Of a stretch of DNA of 64,000 bases, positions 28,350 to 41,030 are shown piece after piece. The notes below the pieces were generated by a model that saw only the letters and a program-made list of their open reading frames with translations, searched no databases and had not been told where the DNA came from. The translations under genes were made by a program, and so were the position numbers. This stretch comes from Octopus sinensis (Eukaryota), in the NCBI RefSeq assembly GCF_006345805.1, contig NC_043016.1:5828001-5892000 (forward strand). Reading direction: 5' to 3'. Position 1 is the stretch's first letter. Each line of letters opens with the position of its first letter.

Positions 28350-29619
28350 CGAGGGACGTTCAATAAGTAATGCCTCTGACCCACTTGCAGTTGTTTGATC
28401 TAGCTGAAATTTTGCATGTGCAATCATTTATATCTCTATAGAGTAAGTGGCAAATTACAGCTCTGAATTAATTGTGGTTTCTGATTTACAGGTGTTTGAA
28501 CCGAGTCAAGTGTGAAATGGAGCCTGTTGAGTGTCGAGCAGTGATCCGGTTTTTGTATTTGAAAGGACGCACACCACGGGAGACTTTGATGAAATGAAAG
28601 TAACTTATGGTGATGATGCTCCATCATATGACCTTGTAAAACGCTGGCATCGTGAATTCAAACATGGTCGGAACTCTGTGGAAACAGCTCCCAGATCTGG
28701 TCGCCCCTTCTGCCATTGATGAGGCATCTGTCCGTCAAGTTGAGGCTGCCATTTTGGAAGATCGACGCATAATTATTCGCCAAATAGCCCATGAGGTCAA
28801 GATTAGTACCGGGTCTATGGAAACTATCATTCATGACCTTTGCATATGCAAAAGGTGTCTGCCAGATGGATTCCCAGGTTGCTCGCGTCTTCCAGAAGCA
28901 AGAACGCGTCGAGTGCTCGAGGTGTGAATTTGGGAGATGTGCCAAGAAGATGAGTCAAAATTTTTCAAAAGACTGATACACAGGATGAAACATGGGTCCA
29001 TCACGATGATCCAGAGACCAAAAGCCAGTCAATGCAGTGGAAGCACCGTGACTCACCCCTCAAAGAAGGCAAGGGTGCAGCCCTCCGCGGCAAGGTCATG
29101 CTCACAGTCTTCTGGGACCAGGACGGAGTAGTGATGACAGATTTTCTGGCAAAGGTACCACAATTGCTTCACTTTTGAGGAAAATTAAGAGAAGTTATCA
29201 AAATCAAGAGGCGGGGCAAGATCAGCAAAGGCATCCTCCTTCTGCAGGGACAACGCTCCGGTCCACAACTCGCTTGTCGCCAGATCAGAAGCACAGGCGT
29301 ATGGCTATGAACTCCTCCCCATCCCCCCTACTTTCCTGACCTTGCACCCTCTGATTTTCACCTCTTCCCAATCATGAAGTTGTTTTTGAAAGGAAAGCGT
29401 TTCCCAGATGATGCAGCCTTGATTTCTGAAGTCACGTTGAGGTTGGAGGACCAAGCTGGGTTCTTCTACAAAAACGGTCTCCAGAGCCGCATCAAACGAT
29501 GGGAGAAATGCGTAACTCTGGGTGGTTCCTATGTAGAAAAAGACTAATAACTGTGCCAAGTTTCGTTGCTCAACTGCTATGGGAAGTGGGTCAGGGCAAT
29601 TACTTATTGAACGCCCCTC

Positions 29620-29620
<1 letters not shown>
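28350..29620 (+). mobile_element. Full-length mariner transposon with frameshifted transposase
   Basis: TIRs cgagggacgttcaataagtaatgcc / ggcaattacttattgaacgcccctcg with TA TSD; 1271 bp; RAVIRFL, PRSGRP, DETWVHH, VMLTVFWD, DNAP and HPPYFPDLAPSDFHLF. Confidence 0.95.
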
Positions 29621-29656
<36 letters not shown>

Positions 29657-29658
<2 letters not shown>

Positions 29659-30815
29659 AGCTGGTGTACCCGGTAATTACCGGGGGTAAAGCTGTTCTAC
29701 TGAAACGCCTTATTACTCTGATATAAGAAAGCAATTTCGCTATAACTGCCACAAAAGGTGTGTTTTCCGTCACAAAAAGTACAAAAACTGTCAGCTGGAG
29801 GAGGATGAGATTGTTGGAGGTTGGCGAGAAAGATTGTCGGAGGTTGGTGAGAAAGATTGTCGGAGGTTGGCGAAAGGCAAAGTCATTATTCTGTCTAGGG
29901 AAGACATCTAGGGAATGTATAACTGCAGTCATTCACAGAAAATTGTTTTACAGCGAGAAAAGCGCTGTTGAAGTGTTAAGTGAAATTTGGCAATCGGGGA
30001 TCGAATACACGCGATGCCTGCATGAAGCCACGACACATACGTTGTGGAATAAAAAAAATTATCTATTGTCATGGAAAAAGTGTGACTGTAAAAATACAGA
30101 ATTATCGGATTGATGGTCATTCAAAAAAGTATGTATGTATAGAAATGTATGAATGAAGTCGTTAAGGTTTAAGATTCAAATTAAGGAAGTGCAATAATAA
30201 TGTTTAGCAGTTCAAAACTGTGAGTAGTGAATTACAGAATTAGGTCAGCTGATCGTGAGAATGAAATATTGATCGCTTCGCTAAAATCTGCAGGTGGTAT
30301 AGGTTATTTCCCTTGGGTTGTTTAAATAAAATATTAGTAATATGTTGTTGATAGAAGGATCCATTGGAAGGGCCCTATTATCGATTTTTTTTTCCAACAA
30401 TCTAAATATGTTACGAGGTTTCCAGACACGAGTTCTACTCACGTGTCAAATAAAGTATAAAAGTGATATTGTCTGCAAAAATTAGAAATAGGACACAAAA
30501 AAATCAATATTCAAAGTAATCGAACATAAACAAAGAAATGCGTTATTTCCCTTGAGTGTTTAAAATATATATTGTATGTGTGCTATGGGTTATTTCCTAT
30601 AGGTGTTTTAAAAATAGTTATATGAGGTAGATATAAAGATCCCTTCCAGGGGCCGTATTATCGATTTTTTTAAACAATCTAAGTATGTCACGAGGTTTCT
30701 AGACATGAGTTCTACTCATGTGTCAAGCTACATCAAAATCAATGAAACGATCTAGGAGGAGTTAGCTAACAACTCCACAAATAAACACACACCGATTTTC
30801 CACATATGTAGTAGA
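29657..30815 (-). mobile_element. Non-autonomous Helitron-like element with internal tandem repeats
   Basis: Minus 5' ATCTACTAC; 3' ccgg hairpin followed by CTTG|T; three 23-bp repeats near 29810-29877 and a ~150-bp internal duplication. Confidence 0.6.
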
Positions 30816-30874
30816 TATACAGAGTGCGGCAGAAGTAACGCTCTTCTGTATTTGAGATTTCTAGTTTCTAATTG

Positions 30875-31295
30875 GGATCTTTTCGGTTTGACCGGCAGTT
30901 TTTTTTAATATTTTCCACGTAACTAAACACTTTTAAACTTCGTATACTGGTAGAATGTGTTTATAAAACATCTTTTTCTCTTCGCTTTATTGAGAAAATT
31001 CTATAGTTTGTAACATATTTCTTGTTTTTTTGTTTTTTTTTTCAATTTCTGCAATTTCAACCAATCAGTGACGTCTATTGAGGTGAAAACATTCTGTGCC
31101 GTATGAAAACGTCCCTCGTTTAAGAAACAGATTGGGTTTATTAACATTTGTGAAGAAAAAAAGATGCCCTTCCCACACCCCTAACTAACCCTAAAACAAA
31201 TTCAAATGCAATAGATCGATAATAGGGTCATAATTATGGGTGACAATTTCATATGACACCACTAGAAAAAACTGCCGTTCAAACCGAAAAGATCT
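30875..31295 (-). mobile_element. GGATC MITE copy 3
   Basis: Same family in the opposite orientation; perfect 8-bp TSD tctaattg. Confidence 0.92.
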
Positions 31296-31692
31296 TCTAA
31301 TTGAGTTTTTTTGTTATTTCCTAAAACTTTCGAGATTTTTTTTTCATTAGTTTATTATTCGTTTCCTTAAGTAACGCAATAAGTTTGTGTTCAATAAAAA
31401 ATTACTTAATAAACATTTATATACTATAAAAGTTATTCGATGCAAAAAGGGCGTTACATCCTGGAGCACCATGTATATAAAAACCCTGTTGTTAAGAACC
31501 TCACTTCGCAACCGTGTTTTCGGGTTCAGTTCCATTGCGAGGTACTTTGGGGAACGCCTCCTATATTATAGCCCCGAGCAAACTAATGTGAGTGCGTTCA
31601 GTACACAGAAACTGTATGTCAGCCAACAATATAAAGACAGGCGTATATACATACATTTGTGTGTAAGATGATGGCGTTGATCGTTGATAATT

Positions 31693-31726
<34 letters not shown>

Positions 31727-31822
31727 GTCCTTGTATTTGCGCCGCCCCTTTTGATGACTGTTGTAGATTTATGTCCTCGTCACTTAAAGGTCGGGTGAAA
31801 AAAAGTAAATATATATATATGT

Positions 31823-31861
<39 letters not shown>

Positions 31862-32019
31862 TGTGTGTGTGTGTGTAAAAAGCCCACACACATACATGCA
31901 CACTCGTCTCTTATCGCTCATTGAGAGTCTGGATTTCAATGCTAGCAATGGATGATGGGTGTATATGTGTTTAAGATATCTATATTCTATATGTATCTGT
32001 GTAAGTAACCAGATAAGTA

Positions 32020-32435
<416 letters not shown>

Positions 32436-32767
32436 AGGCGCAGGCGTGGCTGCGTGGGTGGTAAAGAAGCTTGCTTCCCAGGCAAATGATTCCTACTATA
32501 GCTCCGGGCCGCCCGAATATTAAAGCTGCGAGTGGAAATGAAAATGAGCCTGTCGTACATATGTATATATATCTATGTGTCTGACACCCAACCGGTGCTG
32601 GTATGTTTACGTCCCCGTAACTTAGCGGTTCAGCATAAGACACCGTTAGGATAAGTATTAGGCTTATAAAAAAAACTAAGTACCGGGGTCGATACATTCA
32701 ACTAAAAATTCATAGCCGCAGTCTAATGACTGAAAGAAGTAAAAGACAAAAAAAAAAGGATATATAT

Positions 32768-33155
32768 ATATGGTGGAAGCACTCCGTCGGTTACGACGAC
32801 GATGGTTCCGGTTGATCCGATCAACGGAACAGCCTGCTCGTGAAATTAACGTGTAAGTGGCTGAGCACTCCACAGACACGTGTACCCTTAACGTAGTTCT
32901 CGGGGATATTCAGCGTGACACAGAGAGTGACAAGGCCGGCCCTTGAAATACAGGTACAACAGAAACAGGAAGTAATAGTGAGAGAAAGTTGTGGTGAAAG
33001 AGTACAGCAGGGTATCACCACCATCCCCTGCCGGAGCCTTCGTGGAGCTTAGGTGTTTTCGCTCAATAAACACTCACAACGCCCGGTCTGGGAATCGAAA
33101 CCGCGATCCTACGACCGCGAGTCCGCTGCCTAAACCACTGGGCCATTGCGCCTCT
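32768..33155 (-). mobile_element. tRNA-derived SINE family B
   Basis: Head ggcgcaatggcccagtgg (A box) and gtttcgattcc (B box); body gtggagtgctcagccactt. A decayed copy lies at about 56985-57295. Confidence 0.8.
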
Positions 33156-33389
33156 CACTATTATAGATATATATTAGATATATAGATATATATATTATAT
33201 TATATATATATAATAAAAATATTAGGGTATAAATCCAAATTTACAGGGAAAAAATCAGATTTAGGATTAAATCCATTTTATAGTAAAATATTATAAAATA
33301 TTATTAGAGACAAAAACCACTATTTTGCAAAACAAACAAGGAAAGACTTAATCAATACATAAAATTTTAATAAATAGTCAAAAAAACCG

Positions 33390-33431
33390 CCACTACAATT
33401 GTTTCTTGTCTTGATCGAAATCTTCAGGTGG
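33390..33431 (-). ncRNA. Second hammerhead motif on the opposite strand (1-nt loss in stem II)
   Basis: Minus strand reads CCAC CTGAAGA TTTC GATCAA GACAA GAAACAATTGTA GTGG. Confidence 0.6.
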
Positions 33432-33458
33432 ACTTCCAATAAGTAAATTATTGGAAGT

Positions 33459-33501
33459 CCACCTGAAGATTGTCGATCAAGACAAGAAACAATTGTAGTG
33501 G
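33459..33501 (+). ncRNA. Minimal type I hammerhead ribozyme motif (Penelope-type)
   Basis: CCAC-CUGAAGA-UUGUC(GAUCAA)GACAA-GAA-ACAAUUGU-A/GUGG: intact core, 5-bp stem II, palindromic stem III, 4-bp stem I, GUA cleavage triplet. Confidence 0.75.
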
Positions 33502-33620
33502 CGGTTTTTTTTTTGACTATTATAAAATTTTATGTATGATTAAGTCTTTCCTTGTTTGTTTTGCAAAAATAGTGGTTTTGTCTCTAATAATCTTTTTTAA
33601 ATATATATATATATATACTA

Positions 33621-34351
33621 CCAGCTAAGCCCTGTTTTAGTCGGTCGGTCGGTTTGGATGATATGGCTGTAAAACCTGCTCTGTGTAGCATTCGACTTGT
33701 TTGGGCACGCTTACGTTAAAAAAATAATAAAAAAATTTAGAATGACTTTATCTGTCAAAACGCTAAAAATAACTGACAAAAAAGAAAAAAGAAACAACCA
33801 AGATTCAACCAAATCAAAATATAAACCCAAATACTAAGCGAACAAAGAAGAACCATCCCACTTCCCCTGCGCGTGCACATGCACTCACACACACATTCAC
33901 ATACCTCCCTTTTACATACACACACATATATTCACACAGAGTTGAAACACTGTTTGTTTTATTTTTTCAGCGTACTATTTTCATCATCCCACTACCAAGT
34001 ATGACATCACCCCCTTCTTTCCTTATTCCTCTATCACCCCTTCCTTTCTCATTCATAACCACAAGAGTATTATACCAGATTTTTTCGGTAACCATGGGAG
34101 CTATGAAAGAATATATCACCCTTTCCTTCATTATTCATCTATCACCCCTTCCTTTCTCATTCATAAACACAAGAGTATTATTATAGTAGATTATCTCGGT
34201 AACCATGGGAGCAATGGAAAAATACAAAGCCCAGCATCACCACCAGATCATTCTACACATCTGTGTAATTTTTCGCGCAATTCCATCCAGCCATTTGACC
34301 GTAAACTCCAAGAAAAGAAAGAATCGCCCATGTCAAATTTATATGTATAGA
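33621..34351 (-). mobile_element. Non-autonomous Helitron-like element
   Basis: Minus 5' ATCTATAC and 3' CTGG with a degenerate hairpin; internal ~110-bp duplication at 34000-34210. Confidence 0.5.
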
Positions 34352-34356
34352 TATCG

Positions 34357-35159
34357 GGTGCGCTGAATGAATTGTCGTCTAATTTTCGCAAAAATGCAAA
34401 CAACACTGACATCTCATTTTAAAAGATACATTTACCAAAACTGCATAAAAATATCTTGAAATACTTAGAGTAAATTTATTCAGTAAAGTCGCCATTGGCT
34501 TCAACCACACCCTCCGGACGACTTCGAATCTGCAACTCTTCTGGACAGCCTCTTGGTTGAAGGTGGTGAATGCTACCATAATCCCTGCCTTCAGTTCATT
34601 TTTGGTGCTACTAGGAGTTTTGTTGGTCTCTCGCCCAACTGCGCCCCATACATAATAATTAAGGGGGTCACAGTCTGGGGAGTTAGGTGGCCAGATGTTA
34701 GGGGTGACGTGATCGCAAAAATTGTCTGACAGCCATGACTGGGTTCACCTTCTAGTGTGGCATGGTGCAGAGTCCTGTTGCCAGATATAGGGTCTTCCAG
34801 CAGCCACCCTCTTGACCCAGGGCAGCACTACATCCGTCAGGCACTTGATGTAGCTCTCCGCTTTGAGTCTGAGGTCGTGTGGGAAGATGAATGGAGGCAT
34901 AACGTCGCTATCACTATACTATGATATTGACTGGATGTTTGATTTTTATCATTCTCGGCACATGACCCCAGATTGACACCCAAACACTCAGAAATGTTCG
35001 TACTGGAGCTTCTGGCTCGAATATCAAGCAGTACAGCATGTCGTTTCCAAATTTCTAGCAGAATCAATTGCGTCATGGTACTGTTTCTGCTCTTTTCTTC
35101 ACCGAAAGTGCCCAACTGACCCTGCTACACTGTGTAGTCGACAAAATCAAAAGTACCCA
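34357..35159 (-). mobile_element. Internally deleted Tc1/mariner element (maT/DD37D-like)
   Basis: Minus strand gives WPPNSPDCDPLNYYVWGAV and N-terminal EIWKRHAVLLDIRA; degenerate TIRs. Confidence 0.65.
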
Positions 35160-35231
35160 ATGTGCATGCGGAAAATTATAAAAAATATAAAATGGCGACA
35201 ATTTACCCATCGCACGTTATGTATGTCTGTG

Positions 35232-35295
<64 letters not shown>

Positions 35296-35377
35296 TTTTT
35301 TTTTTATTTTATCTAGTTTCAGCTCACGAGCTGTGGCCATGCTGGGGCACCGCCATTCAAAAATATGAGGTCTCACC

Positions 35378-35422
<45 letters not shown>

Positions 35423-35685
35423 CATATAAACACACACACACACACACACATACATTCTTTTACTTCCTTCAGTCATTTGACTGCGGCCATGCAGGAGCAC
35501 GCTTTAGTCAAACAAAGTGAACCCAGGACTTATTCTTTGTAAGCCTAGTACTTATTTTATCGGTCTCTTTTATCGAACCGCTCCGTTATTGGACATAAAC
35601 ACACCAACATCAGTTGTCAAGCGAAAGCTGAGGGGACACACAAGCATATACTCATCTCTCCTCTCTCTCTCTCTCTCTCTCGTGT

Positions 35686-36120
35686 CGGTGGCATGTAAAA
35701 GCACCATCCGTTCGTGCCCGTTGCCAGCCTCGCCTAGCCCCCGTGCCGGTGACACGTAAAAGCACCATCCGTTTCGTGGCCGTTTGCCAGCTCTGTCTGG
35801 CCCCCGTGTTGGTGACACGTAAAAGCACCATCCGTTCGTGTCCGTTGCCAGCCTCGCCTGGCCCGTGCCGGTGACACGTAAAAGCACATCCGTTCGTGGC
35901 CGTTTGCCAGCTCTGTCTGGCACTGTGCAGGTGGCACGTAAAAAAGCACCCACTACACTCACGGAGTGGTTGGCGTTAGGAAGGGCATCCAGCCGTAGAA
36001 AACACTGCCAGATCTGACTGGCCTGATGAAGCCTTCCAGCTTCACAGACCCCAGTTGAACCGTCCAACCCATGCTAGCATGGAGAACGGACGCTAAATGA
36101 TGATGATGATGATGATGATA
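35686..36120 (+). mobile_element. 5'-truncated RTE 3'UTR with a ~60-bp tandem array
   Basis: Shares ccactacactc.cggagtggttggcgttaggaaggg...ggacg.taaa(tga)n with the 3' end of the RTE at 11985-12300; related copies at 55735-56168 and 63380-63710. Confidence 0.75.
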
Positions 36121-36149
36121 TATATATACATATATATATATATACTACT

Positions 36150-36765
36150 ACTACTACTACTACTATGGCAATCCCTCAAGGTCGAGGATGATGGTTTTCG
36201 CGCAAATTTATTGGTGAGTCCGCAGGTGACTGATAAGACCAATTCTTGCTCGAAAAGATCGGTCACAGTGCGGACATCTAGTGCCGGAAGGGAGAGTCAC
36301 ACGTGGTTGTTGTTGGCGCTCCTTCCGTCGTCGTCTTTTCTCCTCCAGCTTTGCAGACCTTTTCGACTCGAAATTCGCCGTTCCCTCATGGATGGTGGTT
36401 TTCCCAGTGGTCTGTTTTTTGCCGTTTCCTCCCGTGGTGAAGTCAATGTCACACTTTTGAGGTTCGTTTTCAGGGTGTCTGTTGTAGCGTTTCTTCTGGC
36501 CTCCTTTTGTACGCTTGCCATCTTGGAGTTGAGTAGTAGTAGAAGATGATCTGTTTGGGAAGTCGTTCGTCAGTCATTCTAACCACGTGGCCGCTCCATC
36601 TTAGTTGGCCTTTGATGACATAGGCTTCGATGCGGTCATTTTTGCTTCTGTAGCACGCTGACGTTAGTTCTTCTGTCTTCCCAGCTGATGTTGAGGATCT
36701 TCCGAAGACAGCGTTGGTGAAATTTCTCGAGCGTTTTCAGGTGGTGACTATACGGGGTTCCAGGT
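36150..36765 (-). mobile_element. RTE LINE 3' fragment with (TAG)n tail
   Basis: Minus frames give LEKFHQRCLRKILNISWEDRRTNVSVL and TDTLKTNLK; the tail appears as (tac)n on plus. Confidence 0.8.
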
Positions 36766-36779
36766 TTCGGATGCGAATA

Positions 36780-36868
36780 TATATATTCGAATATCGCATC
36801 CGAATATATATATATATATGTATATGTATATGTGTGTATATTATATATTATTAATATATATATATATT

Positions 36869-36910
<42 letters not shown>

Positions 36911-37231
36911 GTATATGTGTGGTATATATATATATATATATAGATATATATTATAATATATATATATATTATGTATAGTGTGTGTGTATTTATATATTAT
37001 ATATATGTATATGTGTGTGTGTCTATATATATATATATATGTATAGTGTGTGTGTATTATATATATATATATGTATATGTGTGTGTGTGTGTATATTATA
37101 TATATATATATGTATATGTGTGTGTATTATATATATATATTATTATGTATATGTGTGTGTTGTATATATATATATATATATGTATATGTGTGGTGTGTAT
37201 ATATATATATTATATATATATATATTGTATA

Positions 37232-37290
<59 letters not shown>
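36780..37290. repeat. (TA)n/(TG)n compound microsatellite
   Basis: Direct reading. Confidence 0.95.
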
Positions 37291-37449
37291 CATACGACGG
37301 GTTTCTTCCAGTTTCCGTCTCCCAAAACCACTCACAAGGCTTTGGTCGGCCCGAGGCCATAGTAGAAGACACTTGCCAAGATACAATGCAGTTGGACTGA
37401 ACCCAGATCGATGTGGTTGGGATGCAAACTTCTTACCACACAGCCACGA

Positions 37450-37489
<40 letters not shown>

Positions 37490-37492
<3 letters not shown>

Positions 37493-38769
37493 AACCATCC
37501 CTGATATAATTCCACCTACCTTCAGCAGAGGAGGTTGGGCAGCTGCTGAGGGCAACTTGATAGAAGCAGCAAAACATTTTCGCAGTGTAGGGTCCGAGGT
37601 TGGCTGGCAGTGTTAATGCGTGGTCGGCCCACTTTCTTGGAGCGATGGACTTTTTTAGGCAGAATCCTCACTCTACTTCTTATTAGTGAGTGGTCGTGTC
37701 ACAATCCGCGCTGTGGTAACTGCTCGGGTCAATAGAATAGAATTCAGAAGGATCTCCGTGTAATGATGAGATCCAGCTGATGCGCCAGTGGTGAGATCTG
37801 GATGTCTCCGAGATGCCTGTGGGGATGGCTTGTTGGCAAAGAATGTGGTGGTGAAGCACAGGTTATGGTATGTGCAAAATTCAAGTAGTCTCTAACCATT
37901 GTCGTTCATGTTGCCAACACCAAAGTGTCCAACACAAATGGGTCACGAATCATGGCCAGATCCCACGTGAGCGTTTTAAATCCCCTAGAAGGTAGATATT
38001 TTCAGTTGTTGGTATATTTTTATGACACAGTTGAGATCTTTGTAGAACTAGTCCTTGGTCTCCTCTGAGCGAGTGTAGAGAGTGAGAGGGAGCATAGATG
38101 AGTAGAGTAGATGTACTGAGCCAGAAGAAGTCGAGAGGTGCAGTGGAGAGGATACGCTCAGTGGCTCCTGATGGTGATTCTATTGAGGAGAGTAATGAGT
38201 TTCTCACTGCAAAGCCAACGCCATGCTGACGAGGTTCTCTGGATCGCTTCCCTGCCAAAAGACGGTGAAATCCTGTTCTTTGAGTTTGCCGTTTGAGGGG
38301 AGTCTTGTCTCCTGTAGCCCAGCAATGTCTAAGCTAAGCCTCTTTAGTTCACGGTCAATGATGGCCGTTTCCTGTGTCTTCAACCCTGGGGTAGATCATC
38401 AGATATTCCAGGGCACATGGTCCTGACATTCCAGCTTGCCAACCGCAGGACTGGTAGTTAGTTTCTTGTCTTTTTAGTTGTGCCTGGTGCAGAGGTTGCA
38501 GGCCGCTTTTCAAGCCAAAATCTAGCTCAAGCACCCAAAAGCAAGCAGGCGGCGGCTGTGGCGGGTCAGCACCTTATTAACTGGGGGCTGCCCAGCTTGA
38601 GGTGGGCAGAGTAGCTAACCAATAGGACATGGAGGTCCCTCCCACCGTCAGAGGTAACCCGTAGCGCCCATATTTTACGCCAATCTGAATGGACTTATCA
38701 CTCATGATGTTACCTCCCGTATTGTTTCTGCAGCTTTTTACAGCAGCACTGAAGTGTCCTCCCCAGTTT
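37490..38769 (-). mobile_element. Inverted 5' segment (5'UTR plus APE endonuclease) of the same RTE
   Basis: Minus strand reads LRLASWNVRTMC, DIAGLQETRL, HGVGFAVRN, GNMNDNG.RLLEFC, HSADCDTDH and WNYIRDGLH. The plus segment resumes at IDTFG...DWF. Confidence 0.88.
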
Positions 38770-41030
38770 CAATAGATACATTCGGCATGAGAGAAAGGTA
38801 AAACTCAGATTGGTTCAGTGCTGGGCTCTCAGAGCTGGAGCCAGTTATCGAAGCAAAGCGTGCAGCTCTGATGCAATACAAGAGTGATTCTTCTACAAAG
38901 TCACTCGAAGGACTCAGAAAGGAAAGAAATAAAACCCAACTGACAGTCAGACGCTGTGCAAATAGGTATTGGCAGAGTATCCAGTCAGCTGCTGACGGGG
39001 GCGACACCCGTGGGATGTATGCCGGTTTGACGAAGGCCCTCGGTCCATCCGCAACCAAGTCAGCCCCTCTGAAATCAACTACTGGAGATCTTATCAGGGA
39101 TCAAAGCAAGCAAATGGATAGATGGGTGGAGCACTACCAGGATGACTACGGGAGACTACAGTGGCTGAGGCTGCAGTCGAGAGTGTCAAGATCTTGCCAG
39201 TCATGTGCGAACTTGACAGTCCACCATCTATAGCAGAGCTCACCAAGGCTATTGACTCCCTAGCAAGAAACAAGGCTCCGGGAAAAGACGGCATCCCTTC
39301 AGAGATCATCAAAGCCGGCAAAAACACCATCTTGCTGCGGCACCTTCATGAGCTTCTGTGTCAGTGCTGGAAAGAGGGTACAGTCCCTCAGGATATGCGG
39401 GATGCTAACGTCATTACGCTTTACAAAAACAAAGGGTGACCGTGGTGATTGTAACAATTACGTGGAATATCTCTTCTAGCACTGTTGGAAAGACCTTTGC
39501 TCGCGTTATCCTGGCCAGGCTACAACTACTTGCTTCTCGAATCTATCCGGAATCGCAGTGTGGCTTTAGAAGAAGCAGATCAACTATTGATATGATATTC
39601 TCCATACGCCAACTTCAGGAGAAGTCCAGAGAGCAGAAAATGCCATATATATGGCCTTCATTGATCTAACAAAGGCCTTTGACTCGGTAAGCAGAACAGG
39701 CTCTTCATCCTGCTCCAAAAAATCGGATGTCCACCAAAGCTGCTGAGGATCATCAAGTCTTTCCATGATGATATGCAAGGCACCATACAGCACAATGGTT
39801 CAACATCAGCCGCCTTCCAAATAAAAAACGGGGTAAAGCAAGGTTGCGTCCTCGCTCCTACATTATTTGGCATCTTCTTCTCGCTCTTACTCTCACATGC
39901 CTTTCAGACATCAGATGATGGAGTGTTTCTGAACAGTAGAAGTGACGGGAAACTGTTCAATCTCTCGCGCCTGCGTGCCAAGACCAAAATCAGAAACGTC
40001 CTGATCAAGGAGATGCTATTTGCTGATGATGCGCTCTGGTATCAACCCAGAAGAAGCCCCCCAAAGGCTCATTAACTGTTTTGAGCAAGCATGTAACGAC
40101 TTTGGCTTAGCTATCAGCCTAAGAAGACCAACATCATGGGTCAGGCTACATCAGACATCCCAAACATACATATTGGACCACAGATTACAAGAGGTGGAGA
40201 AGTTTAACTATCTTGGCTCTACCGTCACCTACAACCTATCCGTTGACGCTGAGCTCAATATACGCATTGGCAAGGCAGCTGCTGCGATGGCCCAACTCTC
40301 CAAACGGGCATGGGACAACAATAAGCTGACCAAGACCACGAAAATGAAGATCTACCAGGCATGTGTACTTAGCACTCTACTGTATGGAAGTGAGACTTAG
40401 ACGCTATACACATGCCAAGAGCGTCGGCTAAACATCTTTCACCTGCGCTGCCTCCGGAAAATCCTCCGCATCAAATGGCAGAATCATATCCCCAACAAAT
40501 ATGTCCTCAAGCAAGCAGGAATACCAAGCATGTTTGCACTCTTCACACAAAGACGTATGAGATGGCTTGGGCATGTTAGCCGTATGAAAGATGGCAGAAC
40601 CCCCAAGGACATACTCTACGGAGAGCTTGCTAGGGGTACTAGGTCTGTGGGTAGACCGTTCTTACGATACAAGGATATTTGCAAAAGGGACATGAAGGCC
40701 TGCAACATCAATATTAGCGGTTGGGAAGCAGTTGCCGGCAACCGTGAAGATTGGCGACGTTTCGTAAAAGAGGGAATACAAAGGAGTGACAGAGAGAGAG
40801 AGAGGAGAAATGGAAAGACAAGAAAAGACGTCAACAAGAAACTATGGCATTACAACCAGCCAGGAACAGTCTTCGCTACATTTGCGGTACCTGCCAGAGG
40901 GAGTGTTTGTCCAGGATAGGACTACACAGCCACAGCAGGAAATGTATTAGGACAGGAAATGTAAAAGCCGGACTAGATTATTTTATGCGCAACTCCATTG
41001 TCTCCCGAGACAAAAAGGATGCCAACAACA
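38770..41030 (+). mobile_element. RTE LINE, direct (RT and 3') segment, frameshifted
   Basis: KAPGKDGIP, PESQCGFRRSRSTIDMIF, GVKQGCVLAPTLF, LFADD and RMRWLGHVSRM motifs across several frames; ends ccaacaaca before (TA)n. Confidence 0.92.

Larger units (their letters stand above)
33300..33591. repeat. ~143-bp-arm near-perfect inverted repeat with a 5-nt loop (gtaaa, 33443-33447)
   Basis: The arms differ only by a few small indels, mostly in homopolymers. Confidence 0.95.

Noticed and set aside
32990-33155. tRNA gene candidates (also the heads of SINE-A copies)
   Set aside because: A and B boxes are present but continue into SINE bodies; no complete cloverleaf.
35686-35950. CRISPR-like repeat and spacer appearance (also 55793-56010, 63385-63575, 29810-29877)
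   Set aside because: The spacers are related to each other, the units belong to TE bodies, the context is eukaryotic, and there are no cas genes.
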